Both the position numbers and the translations under genes were made by a program. The notes beneath the pieces are model-generated. The model saw only the letters and a program-made list of their open reading frames with translations. It was not told the origin of the DNA and did not search any database. A DNA stretch of 64,000 nt from contig OZ024741.1 of NCBI GenBank assembly GCA_964016885.1, positions 378,138,001-378,202,000 of the forward strand, read 5' to 3'. This DNA is from Eledone cirrhosa. Lineage: Eukaryota. Below are positions 1-12,205 of this stretch, in pieces. Every line of letters starts with the position of its first letter. The first letter of the stretch is position 1.

Positions 1-619
1 ATCCCAACCGTGACCATCTCCACTAAAAGTTTTCCTGAAATAGTATTTAAGACTATACAGAGCATTTAAAGTTTTTCAAAATTGAAGGATGAGTATCTTA
101 AACTTTATGTTATCATGAGTTAAGGCTCTATTGATTTTTCCCTGGATTTCACTAAATTCTGTGGATGAATCTATATCCTGATTCTCTTTGAGATGAGTTT
201 GAATTATTTTTCCCACATCTTAGGTTAACTATTTTTCCCATTTTGACGCTATAGTCACTTATATATTATGGAATACTGTTGGCTTTTCGCTAGAATTGTT
301 TTCTATACCTTTCATTTATATATTTATATTCTGATTTCTTTCCTAGAGTGCTTACATTATTTGTGACTAAACCCGGTATTTTTTCATAAAAAACCTCGAT
401 AATATTGCTTTTGGCTGAGCTCCTAACTGTAGAGTTTTTTTCGGGATGTTTTTGACTGTTGTTTCTTGTAAACAAACATTCGTCTCATTCTGACGTCACT
501 AGCCCTGTCTTTCCTCATGTGCGTTTTATTTTTCATAATCACGCATGACGGTGAACTAACCTGTTTTAAAATTCCATTTTTGGCATATTAATCTGTGAGA
601 AGCCTGGTTATCGAGTTGA

Positions 620-699
620 GCTCTGCTGATGATTGAATCCCAACCGTGACCATCTCCACTAAAAGTTTTCGTGAAATAGTCTTTAAGACTATACAGAGC
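620..699 (+). ncRNA. Type I hammerhead ribozyme, unit 1
   Basis: GCTCTG-CTGATGA-[tTGAA...TTCGt]-GAAA-TAGTCT tta AGACTA-TA-CAGAGC: all core nucleotides and three stems present. Confidence 0.85.
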
Positions 700-1256
700 A
701 TTTGAAGTTTTTCCAAATTGAAGGATTAGTATTTTAAACTTTATTTTATCATGAGTTAAGGCTCGATTGATTTTTCCCTGGATTTCACTAAATTCGGTGG
801 ATGAAACTATATCCTGATTCTCTTTCAGATGAGTTTGAATTATTTTTCCCATATCTTATGTTAACTATTTTTCCCATTGTGACGCTATAGTCACTTATAT
901 ATTATGGAATACTGTTAGCATTAGACTACAATTGTTTTCTATACCATTCATTTATATATTTATACTCGGATTTCTTTCCTAGAGTGCTTAAATTATTTGT
1001 GACTAATCCCGGTATTTTTTTAATAAAAAACCGCGATAAAATTTCTTTTTGCTGAACTCCTTATTGTATAGTTTTTTTCGGAATGTTTTTGACTGTTGTT
1101 TCTTGTAAACAAACATTCGTCTCATTCTGACGTCACTAGCCCTGTCTTTCCTCATGTGCGTTTTATTTTTCATAATCACGCATTATGGTGAATAAGCTTG
1201 TTTTAAAATTCCCTTTTTGGCATTTTAATCTGTGAGAAGCCTGGTTATCGAGTTGA

Positions 1257-1336
1257 GCTCTGCTGAGGATCGAATACCAACCGTGACCATCTCCACTGAA
1301 AGTTTTCGTGAAATAATCTTTAAGACTATACAGAGC
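1257..1336 (+). ncRNA. Type I hammerhead ribozyme, unit 2
   Basis: GCTCTG-CTGAGGA-tCGAA...TTCGt-GAAA-TAATCT tta AGACTA-TA-CAGAGC; one stem III mismatch. Confidence 0.8.
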
Positions 1337-1892
1337 ATTTATAGTTTTTCCAAATTGAAGGATGAGTATTTTCAACTTTATTTTTTCATGAATTACGGCT
1401 CTATTGATTTTCCCCTGGATTTCACTAAATTCTGTGGATGAACCTATATCCTGATTCTCTTTGAGATGAGCTTGAATTATTTTTCCCTTATCTTATGTTA
1501 ACTATTTTTCCCATTTTGACGCTATAGTAACTTATATATTATGGAATACTGTTAGCTTTAGGCTACAATTGATTTCTATACCTTTCATTTATATATTTAT
1601 ACTCGGATTTCTTTCCTAGAATGCTTAAATTATTTGTGACTAATCCCGGTATCTTTTTATTAAAAACAGCGATAATATTTCTTTTTGCTGAACTCTTTAT
1701 TGTAGAGTTTTTTTCGGAATGTTTTTGACTGTTGTTTCTTGTAAACAAACATTCGTCTCATTCTGACGTCACTAGCCCTGTCTTTCCTCATGTGCGTTTT
1801 ATTTTTCATAATCACGCATGACGGTGAACTAACCTGTTTTAAAATTCCATTTTTGGCATATTAATCTGTGAGAAGCCTGGTTATCGAGTTGA

Positions 1893-1972
1893 GCTCTGCT
1901 GAGGATTGAATCCCAACCGTGACCATCTCCACTAAAAGTTTTCCTGAAATAGTCTTTAAGACTATACAGAGT
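1893..1972 (+). ncRNA. Type I hammerhead ribozyme, unit 3 (weakened stem II)
   Basis: Core CTGAGGA/GAAA/TA intact. The stem II 3' arm reads TTCCT and the stem I 3' arm reads CAGAGT (G-U pair). Confidence 0.7.
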
Positions 1973-2528
1973 ATTTAAAGTTTTTCCAAATTGAAGGATG
2001 AATATTTTAAACTTTATTTTATCATGAATTAAGGCTCTATTTATTTTCCCCTGGATTTCACTAAATTCTGTGGATGAACCTATATCCTGATTCTCTTAGA
2101 GATGAGCTTGGATTATTTTTCCCATATCTAATGTTAACTATTTTTCCCATTTTGACGCTATAGTCACTTATATATTATGGAATACTGTTAGCTTTAGGCT
2201 ACAATTGTTTTCTATTCCTTTCATTTATATATTTATACTCGGTTTTCTTTCCTAGAATGCTTAAATTATTTGTGACTAATCCCGGTATTTTTTTAATTAA
2301 AAACCGCGATAATATTTCTTTTTGCTGAACTGTTTATTGTAGAGTTTTTTCGGAATGTTTTTGACTGTTGTTTCTTGTAAAGAAACATTCGTCTCATTCT
2401 GACGTCACTAGCCCTGTCTTTCCTCATGTGCGTTTTATTTTTCATAATCACGCATGATGGTGAACAAGCCTGTTTTAAAATTCCCTTTTTGGTATATTAA
2501 TCTGTGAGAATCCTGTTTATCGAGTTGA

Positions 2529-2608
2529 GCTCTGCTGAGGATCGAATTCCAACCGTGACCACCTCCACTGAAAGTTTTCGTGAAATAGTCTTTAAGACTA
2601 TACAGAGC
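2529..2608 (+). ncRNA. Type I hammerhead ribozyme, unit 4
   Basis: Fully paired stems I (6 bp), II (CGAA/TTCG) and III (6 bp); core intact. Confidence 0.87.
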
Positions 2609-3164
2609 ATTTAAAGTTTTTCCAAATTGAAGGATGAGTATTTTAAACTTTATTTTATCATGAGTTAAGGCTCTATTGATTTTTCCCTGGATTTCACTAA
2701 ATTCTATGGATGAACCTATATCCTGATTCTCTTTGAGATGAGTTTGAATTATTTTTCCCATATCTTATGTTAACTATTTTTCCCATTTTGACGCTATAGT
2801 CACTTATATATTATGGAATACTGTTAGCTTTAGACTACAATTGTTTTCTATACCATTCATTTATATATTTATACTCGGATTTCTTTCCTAGAGTGCTTAA
2901 ATTATTTGTGACTAATCCCGGTATTTTTTTATAAAAAACCGCGATAAAATTTCTTTTTGCTGAACTCCTTATTGTAGAGTTTTTTTCGGAATGTTTTTGA
3001 CTGTTGTTTCTTGTAAACAAACATAAGTCTCATTCTGACCTCACTAGCCCTGTCTTTCCTCATGTGCGTTTTATTTTACATAATCACGCATTATGGTGAA
3101 TAAGCCTGTTTTAAAATTCCCTTTTTGGCATTTTAATCTGTGAGAAGCCTGGTTATCGAGTTGA

Positions 3165-3244
3165 GCTCTGCTGAGGATCGAATACCAACCGTGACCATCT
3201 CCACTGAAAGTTTTCGTGAAATAATCTTTAAGACTATACAGAGC
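3165..3244 (+). ncRNA. Type I hammerhead ribozyme, unit 5
   Basis: Same as unit 2 (TAATCT stem III variant). Confidence 0.8.
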
Positions 3245-3799
3245 ATTTAAAGTTTTCCCAAATTGAAGGCTGAGTATTTTCAACTGTATTTTTTCATGAA
3301 TTAAGGCTCTATTGATTTTTCCCTGGATTTCACTAGATTCTGTGGATGAATCTATATCCTGATTCTCTTTGAGATGAGTTTGAATTATTTTTCCCACATC
3401 TTAGGTTAACTATTTTTCCCATTTTGACTCTATAGTCACTTATATATTATGGAATACTGTTGGATTTTCGCTAGAATTGTTTTCTATACCTTTCATTTAT
3501 ATATTTATATTCTGATTTCTTTCCTAGAGTGCTTAAATTATTTGTGACTAATCCCGGTATTTTTTCATAAAAAACCTCGATAATATTGCTATTTGCTGAT
3601 CTCCTTATTGTGGAGTTTTTTCGGAATGTTTTTGACTGTTGTTTCTTGTAAAGAAACATTCGTCTCATTCTGACGTCACTAGCCCTGTCTTTCCTCATGT
3701 GCGTTTTATTTTTCATAATCACGCATGATGGTGAACAAGCCTGTTTTAAAATTCCCTTTTTGGTATATTAATCTGTGAGAATCCTGTTTATCGAGTTGA

Positions 3800-3879
3800 G
3801 CTCTGCTGAGGATCGAATTCCAACCGTGACCACCTCCACTGAAAGTTTTCGTGAAATAGTCTTTAAGACTATACAGAGC
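3800..3879 (+). ncRNA. Type I hammerhead ribozyme, unit 6
   Basis: Same as unit 4; fully paired. Confidence 0.87.
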
Positions 3880-4129
3880 ATTTAAAGTTTTTCCAAATTG
3901 AAGGATGAGTATTTTAAACTTTATTTTATCATGAATTAAGGCTCTATTGATTTTTCCCTGGATTTCACTAAATTCTATGGATGAACCTATATCCTGATTC
4001 TCTTTGAGATGAGTTTGAATTATTTTTCCCATACTTTATGTTAGCTATTTTTCCCATTTTGACGCTATAGTCACTTATATATTATGGAATACTGTTGGAT
4101 TTTCGCTACAATTGTTTTCTATACCTTTC

Positions 4130-4315
<186 letters not shown>

Positions 4316-4396
4316 AATAAAATGAAAAGAATTTTATTTCTCATTCTTGGTACGGCTGTTACTTAAATATAAGTATGTATACGTACATACATATAT

Positions 4397-4925
4397 GTAC
4401 TAACATTAAAGCCCGACATTGCTCGGGGTCAGTAAGTTACCAAAGTTAGGTTGCACCACCCATTTTATGGCAGCACTTTTTTGTCTGCCAGGCACTGGGT
4501 GATTGAATTCCAGACATGGACTGCCAAAGCAGGAGCTGCGCCAGCAGTGACAATTGTAGTTTCGCCTATGGATATTGTCTCTGTGCAAAGATGTGTTGAA
4601 ACATAATGTTTCACAGTACTTGCGCAGCACGCACGTAGAAGATGCCAGCCGAACAACAGAGCTGTGATGGATTTGTTCTGCATGGTTGTTTAATGTGTGT
4701 TTTCTAAATTTAAGACAGTAGGTAGGGGTGTGATATGCGGGAGAGTTCGCTGCTGCTTCTAGCAGGTTTAGTGACCTCATAGTCGATATGTTTTCTAAAT
4801 TTAAGACAGTAGGGAATGGTGTGTTATGGGGGAGAGTTTGCTGCTCTCTCTAGCAGGTTTAGTGACCTCATAGAGGATATTATTGTGTATAGTAAATGAA
4901 CTGATACTTCTTTCTTCCACGTTCG
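4397..4925 (+). mobile_element. Possible non-autonomous Helitron/HINE-like fragment with an internal ~91-bp tandem duplication
   Basis: Starts TACTAAC...GCCCGACATTGCTCGGG (5' hairpin resembling HINE/DINE-type ends). TGTTTTCTAAATTTAAGACAGTAGG...CTAGCAGGTTTAGTGACCTCATAG occurs twice (~4698-4782 and ~4789-4873). Confidence 0.35.
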
Positions 4926-4927
4926 TT

Positions 4928-5477
4928 GATATAAGCAAGAATCAGAAAGGTAAAAACACAATGTAAAAAAACAGATTTTGTTAAATAAAAATATTTTAAA
5001 TATGGGGGGAGAAAACGGGAGAGAGAAATATAATCATAATGCGATTAGTTGAGAGAATATAAGATGATCATAAGTGTGTCAAGTTTATACATATTAATAA
5101 TAAAAATATGTATACTAGAGTTACACATCTTTCAATGCACTTGCAAGTCCAACCCATAGGGCATAGTCGATCGCTCATCTGTGCGGTCGTGTGTGTTTGT
5201 GTTCGACCTCACAACAGATCCACAAGTTCGTATATTTCAATGCAAATAGAATTCTATTTGTGCTTATCTGGTCATTGACGGAGCATCCAATATTCCTATT
5301 TCGTTGCTGATCCAATATATGTGTAGTGTTATTTTGGTCGCATAAATCAGTCACTTGGTTCTATATTATGGAGTATGATTTTCTAGTCTTCGATACACAA
5401 TCAGTGGTTGTATTTCTCAAAATCGCAAGGATGACAGTACTCCGGTTTGGTTTGATTATCGGTCATCTAACTATGTT
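4928..5477 (-). repeat. Inverted partial pseudo-LTR of PLE1
   Basis: Reverse complement of ~10992-11542. Forms a ~390-bp-arm palindrome with 5476-5862. Confidence 0.92.
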
Positions 5478-6522
5478 GGGTCAGCAACGAAATAGGAATA
5501 TTGGATGCTCCGTCAATGACCGGGTAAGCACAAATAGAATTCTATTTGCATTGAAATATACGAACTTGTGGATCTGTTGTGAGGTCGAACACAAACACAC
5601 ACGACCGCACAGTTGAGCGATGGACTATGCCCCATGGGTTGGACTTGCAAGTGCATTGAAAGATGTGTAACTCTAGTATACATATTATATATTATTAAGA
5701 TGTATAAACTTGACACACTTATGATCATCTTATATTCTCTCAACTAATCGCATTATGATTATATTTCTCTCTCCCGTTTTCTCCCCCCATATTTATAATA
5801 TTTTTATTTAACAAAATCTGTTTTTTTACATTGTGTTTTTCCCTTTCTGATACTTGCTTATATTTTTTATATATTCCCTATATATTTTTTATATATTTTT
5901 TTATTTCCATTTTTATTTTCATTTTTATCCTCCTTATACTTTATTTTATTCTTACTCTAATATCTTATTATAGTGTAATCTTCCCTATGCCTTATTATAC
6001 ATTATTAACTATAAATTATTATTATTCTTATTCCATTTCTAATTACCTCATGTACTTTCAACTCCGTTATATATATATTATATGCCCTTTGTGTGTGTGT
6101 AGCCTCTGTACACCCTCTGCACCCTACTATCAATGCCACCCCATCTATGGCTCCACTAACCGCTCGACTCCCGGGAATGAATATGACCACAGCTAGTAAA
6201 CAAAGACTCACCCCCATCCCCCGCACCTAAATTAGACTTATCGTCCCTTGCTATTGCTCTTTACTCTCTTTACACTTTGTTCTTGAATGTTTGGTTTGTA
6301 GAGTCCATAACACCAATCAAACCCCATTTATAGCTCTGAAGGAACCTACGGTTACGTAAGGAAGAAACATTGTAAGCCAATAAAAAATGTTTGATGTTGT
6401 AGACTCTCTTGTGTTCTTTATCATATATAAGGATCTGCTCCTAAGCATTGAGCTAATTGTTATACTGCCAATACTTTAATGGGACACGGGTATACAATAC
6501 CTAACTCCTATTAACCTAAGTA
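5476..6522 (+). repeat. 5' pseudo-LTR of PLE1
   Basis: Direct repeat of 11155-12205. Confidence 0.93.
6327..6384 (+). ncRNA. pLTR hammerhead of PLE1, mutated copy
   Basis: GCT-CTGAAGG-(CCTACG gtta CGTAAGG)-GAAA-CATTG-TA-AGC-caataaa; the last core A is replaced by G. Confidence 0.55.
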
Positions 6523-6600
6523 TTTCTACGGCTCCCCCCGGTTGAGCTAACTCCTTATAACCTGTCCACCTCATGTGTATGATTATAATTGATTGGCAGC

Positions 6601-9160
6601 ATGCTAACTAAAAACTACCTACCTATATCACTCAAGAACATCCCAACCCCATCTAGGATTACTGAAATCCCAACCCCATCTAGGATTATGAGAAATTACT
6701 GATAGCTAGCGTCAACTCCTTCGTTAAGCGTATTAGATGGCGCACTTTCCACTTCGATAAGAGAAATAAGAAACCAACCACGGTGTCCCCAAATAATAAA
6801 TTCGGTTTTAAAACCTATAGGAGCCCGCCGCATAACTCCATGCTAGATGGATTTGAGAATGACCTCCTATCACTAGTAAGGAATATTAAGTTTAAAAACC
6901 CCCATAGGAATAGCAACAAATTCCGGATGAAGCTCGAAACCTTAGTTAAGGGCTTTAACGATAAAAGAGATATCCTTGTCACCTCGGATAAAACCAGAAA
7001 TATTTATAGCTTAAATTATGATACGTATCGAAGGTTTATATACAATGAATTAAATAGAAACTATAAAAAGACAACAAGCGCAAACCTAGATGAAATTAAT
7101 AAGGAAGCATGTGCCATAGTGGATAAACTAGGCCTGGAAAAGTATACCCAACCTTATACCCCTAGGCAACCCAGGTTCACCCTTAAAGACCATAAGGCTG
7201 ACTTCATTAGTAAACCCTCTGTTAGATTAATTAGCCCATCGAAGTCGGATATAGGGATTATCAGTAAGAAAATTCTAGACGGCGTTATACCTACCATCAG
7301 GAAAACAATAAAACTAGACCTTTGGGGGAATACAGAAGAGGTTTTGAAATGGTTCTCAAGCCTTAGCAACCATAAATACCTTAAATTTATACAATTCGAC
7401 ATCGATGCGTACTAGACCTCAATCTCCCCCATATTCCTTAATAAGGCCCTAATCATGGCTATGCAGAAAAGTGACCTCACTAGGTCCCAAATTGTTATTA
7501 TTCTTGCGACCCGGGAAACGATAATCACATTTGAGGTCGAATTGTGGACCCGCAAGAATACGCACAATAACTTCGACATCACAATGGGATCTCGTGACTC
7601 TGCAAAAGTCACGGACTTGGTAGGATTGTACCTCTTAAAGGTGTTACATGAGACATTACCGCACCTGAAGGGCGGCTTATATCGTGATGAAGCCCTTTTC
7701 ACTCTCGAATATAAAAAGTGCAATATAGAACGAACTAGGAAACAGTTACGTAGGTTCCTTAAAAGCTTTAATCTAACTATTACCATAGATGCAAATGACA
7801 AAACAGTAAACTTTTTAGACGCCACCCTTGACCTAGAAACTAAAACATTTGCACCCTACCACAAACCTAATGATAGACTAACATACGTAAACGCCAGCTC
7901 TAAGCACTCCAAATCAGTCTTAAACGCTATTCCCAAAGGGGTTTCTAATAGAATTAGCAGACTGTCCTTTAATGAGAGTATCTTCAACTCCACGCAGAGC
8001 ATTATGACAAGGCCCTTGCAGAATCTGGTTACAGGAATAGATTATCATATATACATAAGGACTCCCAAACCACGAGTGTGAAACCTACCAACATAATCAC
8101 ACATAGTATGGCCACAAAGCCTAACCAACTTAGAGGCAAGAATAATAGTAAGAACCCCAATGGCGGTAACCCAGCTAAATGTAAAACACGTAGAGATAAT
8201 ACTAGAGTCCCTCACCACAACTCTAAAGCAGCAAATGGTCATGCCATGAATATAAACCATCCGGGCATAAGCAAAACAGACAGCGCCACTAACTTTAATA
8301 ACAGAACCCTACAAAATAGTACGCACAGTAACGAGACTCACCCCACAGATAAGAAAAATAGAAGAAGGAAAAACATGTATTTTAACCCACCTTTTAACTC
8401 TGAGGTCCTTACTAACCTCCCCAGAGTATTCTTCTCATTATTAGAAAAGAGTTTCCCACCAGGCAATAGATATCACAACATAATTAACAAAGACGTGATT
8501 AAATTATCCTATTCGACCACACCTAACCTCGCATCACACCTAGCACGCACGAACATTAGGAAGACTAGGGAAGGTTTCGAAACAATTAAAATGGCAGCTA
8601 ACCACCAGCAACCGACTACACTGAGAAATAGGCAACATAATAGTATCACTGAGCCATCTAATGGTATAGAGGCTCCTAGTGATAATGCTAGTAAACAAAG
8701 TTCGGGAGGTACGCTAACTGATCGAACCCGCAGTTGCAATTGTAGGCGGAGTAGTAACTGTCCCCTAAGGGGGGATTGCCTCAGGAAAAACATCTTATAT
8801 GCATGTGACGTAACCACACCCAACTCTACCAAAACATATAGAGGATCAACGTCCAATACATTTAAAACTAGATATAACGCGCATATACTCACATTTAGAC
8901 ACGATAGACATAAGAATGCCACTTCACTGGCGGGATACATCTCCTTTTAAAAAAATAATAGTACCCCATACAAACTTTTTGGCAGGAAGCTTACCAGATC
9001 CACGCCATACCAACCGCAGAGCGGGAGTTGTGACCTGTGTTTACTAGAATGCCATGTCATAATACACTCTAAACTGAACCTGCTTAACAGGAAATCTGAA
9101 ATTTTCTCCTCTTGCCAACATAAAATCCTGAGTTCCTTCTATTTTAAACCTAGCACATAG
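6601..9160 (+). pseudogene. PLE1 polyprotein (reverse transcriptase + GIY-YIG endonuclease), disrupted
   Basis: Motifs SLKNIPTPS...KRIRWRTFHF...FGFKT, LKDHK...RLISPSKSDIG, FIQFDID, FDITMGS.DSA, GLYRDE (YRDD site altered), VNFLD, FNPPFN, CNC...CPLRGDC, TYRGST...FKTRYNAH, CDLCL.E...CQH. Lesions: 22-bp duplication at 6640-6688 with a frameshift, TAG at 7413, frameshift ~7990, stop at 8948. Confidence 0.93.
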
Positions 9161-11154
9161 ACGTAACATTTATTACGAAACCCCACCTAGATACACCCCT
9201 CCTTGACTATAACTCCTCCCTCCCAAACCCATAACCCAGATAAATAGGTAGCCTATAGGTGGACAGTCCCCCACCGGGCTACAGCTTTGGGAGAATAGAT
9301 TTTGGGATACGAGACGGTGTAGCGTAAATGGAATGTCACACTCTCATCTAGGTTACACCACTGCTGGATGGCATTTTATCTTAGCCCTCATCTTAAGTTG
9401 CGCTGCACGTCCGCCCCGTAATACTGCAGACTCCCCTGCGACTCATTCATTTATTTATTTCTCTATGGACCCCCATAAATACGCCTATGTGGGTGCATGT
9501 CATCGAATATAGGTGTGTGCATGTGTGTGGGCCTATGTATGTGTGCGTTGGTCTGTCGGGGAACGAGGAGGCGCATGTATGTACGCATATGTGTGCACTG
9601 GCCAGTACCGCTGCATGATCACATTCTGTGGATCCAATGTCATATGCCTTATATCTTGTGGGTAAACCTCTATCGCTATACTAACCCCTCAGGTTCCGTA
9701 TATCTTAAATCTCGCTCACCCCCACGTGTCTGTGTATATCTGTGTATATGCATGCGTGTCGTGGGGTAGTGATCTATATGTCTGGGTGGAGGTGAATGTG
9801 GGCTCGTGTGTGTGTGTGCGTGAATACATGTGTGTGTACATGTCTGTGTGCACACATGCATATGGTGAATATCTACCCATGTGCTAGTGCACCCCAACCT
9901 CCGGTGCGTGTGTGTGTGTATGCATGCGTGCATATATGGGAGTGTATGAGTGTGTGTATGTCTGCGCGCATGGTCATATATAACAATACACCCAATCCTC
10001 TATCATCTGTGCGTGTGTATGCGTGTGCGTGTGTGTGTGCATGAGTATATACATATATGCGTGTTTGAGTGGGTGTGTCGCTGTCCATATGTAGACTTAG
10101 ACAGATGCCGGAACGTCTGCGGGTGCGCATTCATATACTAGTTCGCCCAAACCTCCACCATAAAAGCAGGGCTTCTTCCTCCCTATTCCCCACTGCCTTT
10201 CTTGTATGATACAAGTGAACATCCCCTCATGTAATAACACACTATATATTATATGTTATGTATTTCGCCATGTGTCGCCGAAAGGTTATTTGGAGGGAAC
10301 TCTAGGAGAGAGAATTTTTTTCTGTAGAAGGCTTCTCTATGTGTGGTGTTTGGCATGAATTCCTCCTATAATACTCTTCATTGAGAGGAGCACGATATGT
10401 AAAATAACATATATGTATTGTCGCAGTGGAAACTGAGAACCACTTCCCCTCCTACTGACCCAAATGTATACTGAAGACCAGACACCACTTTCCACAATAT
10501 AAGAGAAGAATGCGGTTGCCGGAATATTGATGACCAAAACATCACACTCCAAGGTCATGGCAAATCACAGTGACTGGTAAACACGACCAAAACATAACAA
10601 CATGGGCATCGGAACAACAGAGATCTAGTAATATCAGATATAATATCAATAAGGGTATCAATTGAATTTTTTTCGCGTTGAAATACATATAAATATGTGT
10701 CTGTGTATATCGGACACACGTACACACGAAGAAACTGGTGACATAAATGTACCTGTCATGCCGGATCGAATTCCCAGGAGAATTTTCGGTCAGTTGCTAT
10801 CTTGACCGCTTGCCCCCACAGTTACTACGCAGCAGTTCTTGCACGTGACTACTAGACCCGGATGAAACGAAGACGAAGAACTTCCATGCGTACCGTTATT
10901 TACCACAGATGCGATTTCACTCTGCCTCGTTAATGTTCAATCAACAGTAAAGTCCTACGTTCTGGGCAATAGATTTGAATCCAACCACCGACAACATAGT
11001 TAGATGACCGATAATCAAACCAAACCGGAGTACTGTGATCCTTGCGATTTTGAGAAATCCAGCCACTGATTGTGTATCGAAGACTAGAAAACCATACTCC
11101 ATAATATAGAACCAAGTGACTGATTTATGCGACCAAAATAACACTACACACATA

Positions 11155-12205
11155 TTGGGTCAGCAACGAAATAGGAATATTGGATGCTCCGTCAATGACC
11201 GGGTAAGCACAAATAGAATTCTATTTGCATTGAAATATACGAACTTGTGGATCTGTTGTGAGGCCGAACACAAACACACACGACCGCACAGATGAGCGAT
11301 CGACTATGCGCTATGGGTTGGACTTGCAAGTGCATTGAAAAATGTGTAACTCTAGTATACATATTATTTATTATTAAGATGTATAAACTTGATACACTTA
11401 TGATCATCTTATATTCTCTCAACTAATCGCATTATGATTATATTTCTCTCTCCCGTTTTCTCCCCCCATATTTATAATATTTTTATTTAACAAAATCTGT
11501 TTTTTTACATTGTGTTTTTCCCTTTCTGATACTTGCTTATATTTTTTATATATTCTCTATATATTTTTTATATATTTCTTTATTTTTATTTTTATTTTCA
11601 TTTCTATCCTCCTTATATTTTATTTTATTCTTACTCTTATATCTTATTATAGTGTAATCTTCCCTATGCCTTATTATACATTATTAACTATAAATTATTC
11701 TCATTCTTATTCCATTTCTAATTATCTCATGTACTTTCTCCTCCGTTATATATATATTATATGCCTTTTTGTGTGTGTGTAGCCTCTGCACACCCTCTGC
11801 ACCCTACTATCAATGCCACCCCATCTATGGCTCCACTAACCACTCGACTCCCGGGGATGAATATGAACACAGCTAGTAAACAAGGACCCACACCCCACCC
11901 TCGCGCACCTAAATTAGACTTATTGTCCCCTGCATTTGCTCTTTACTCTCTTTACTCTTTGTTCTTGAATGTTTGGTTTGTAGAGTCCATAACACCAATC
12001 AAACCCCTTTTATAGCTCTGAAGAAGTCTACGGTTACGCAAGGAAGAAACATTGTCAGCCAATAAATAAAAGTGTTGATGTTGTAGACGCTCTTGTGTTA
12101 TTTATCATATATACGGCTCTGCTCCAAAGCATTGAGCTAATTATTATACTGCCAATACTTTAATGGGACACGGGTATACAATACCTAACTCCTATTAACC
12201 TAAGT
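11155..12205 (+). repeat. 3' pseudo-LTR of PLE1
   Basis: Direct repeat of 5476-6522, followed by (TA)n. Confidence 0.93.
12009..12066 (+). ncRNA. pLTR hammerhead of PLE1, intact core
   Basis: TTTATAGCT-CTGAAGA-...-GAAA-CATTG-TC-AGCCAATAAA; minimal stem III typical of PLE hammerheads. Confidence 0.7.

Larger units (their letters stand above)
4928..12205 (+). mobile_element. Penelope-like element PLE1 (Nematis-like): inverted pLTR fragment, pLTR, RT-GIY-YIG ORF, long 3' region, pLTR
   Basis: PLE RT and C-terminal GIY-YIG motifs; direct repeats 5476-6522 and 11155-12205; 4928-5477 is the reverse complement of ~10992-11542; ends in (TA)n. Confidence 0.93.

Noticed and set aside
556-852. Faint likeness of the array ORF (HLKEN...KFKIL...SILSRA...CQK) to PLE GIY-YIG C-termini
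   Set aside because: The spacing is wrong and there is no GIY/YIG or conserved Glu; cannot be supported without a profile search.
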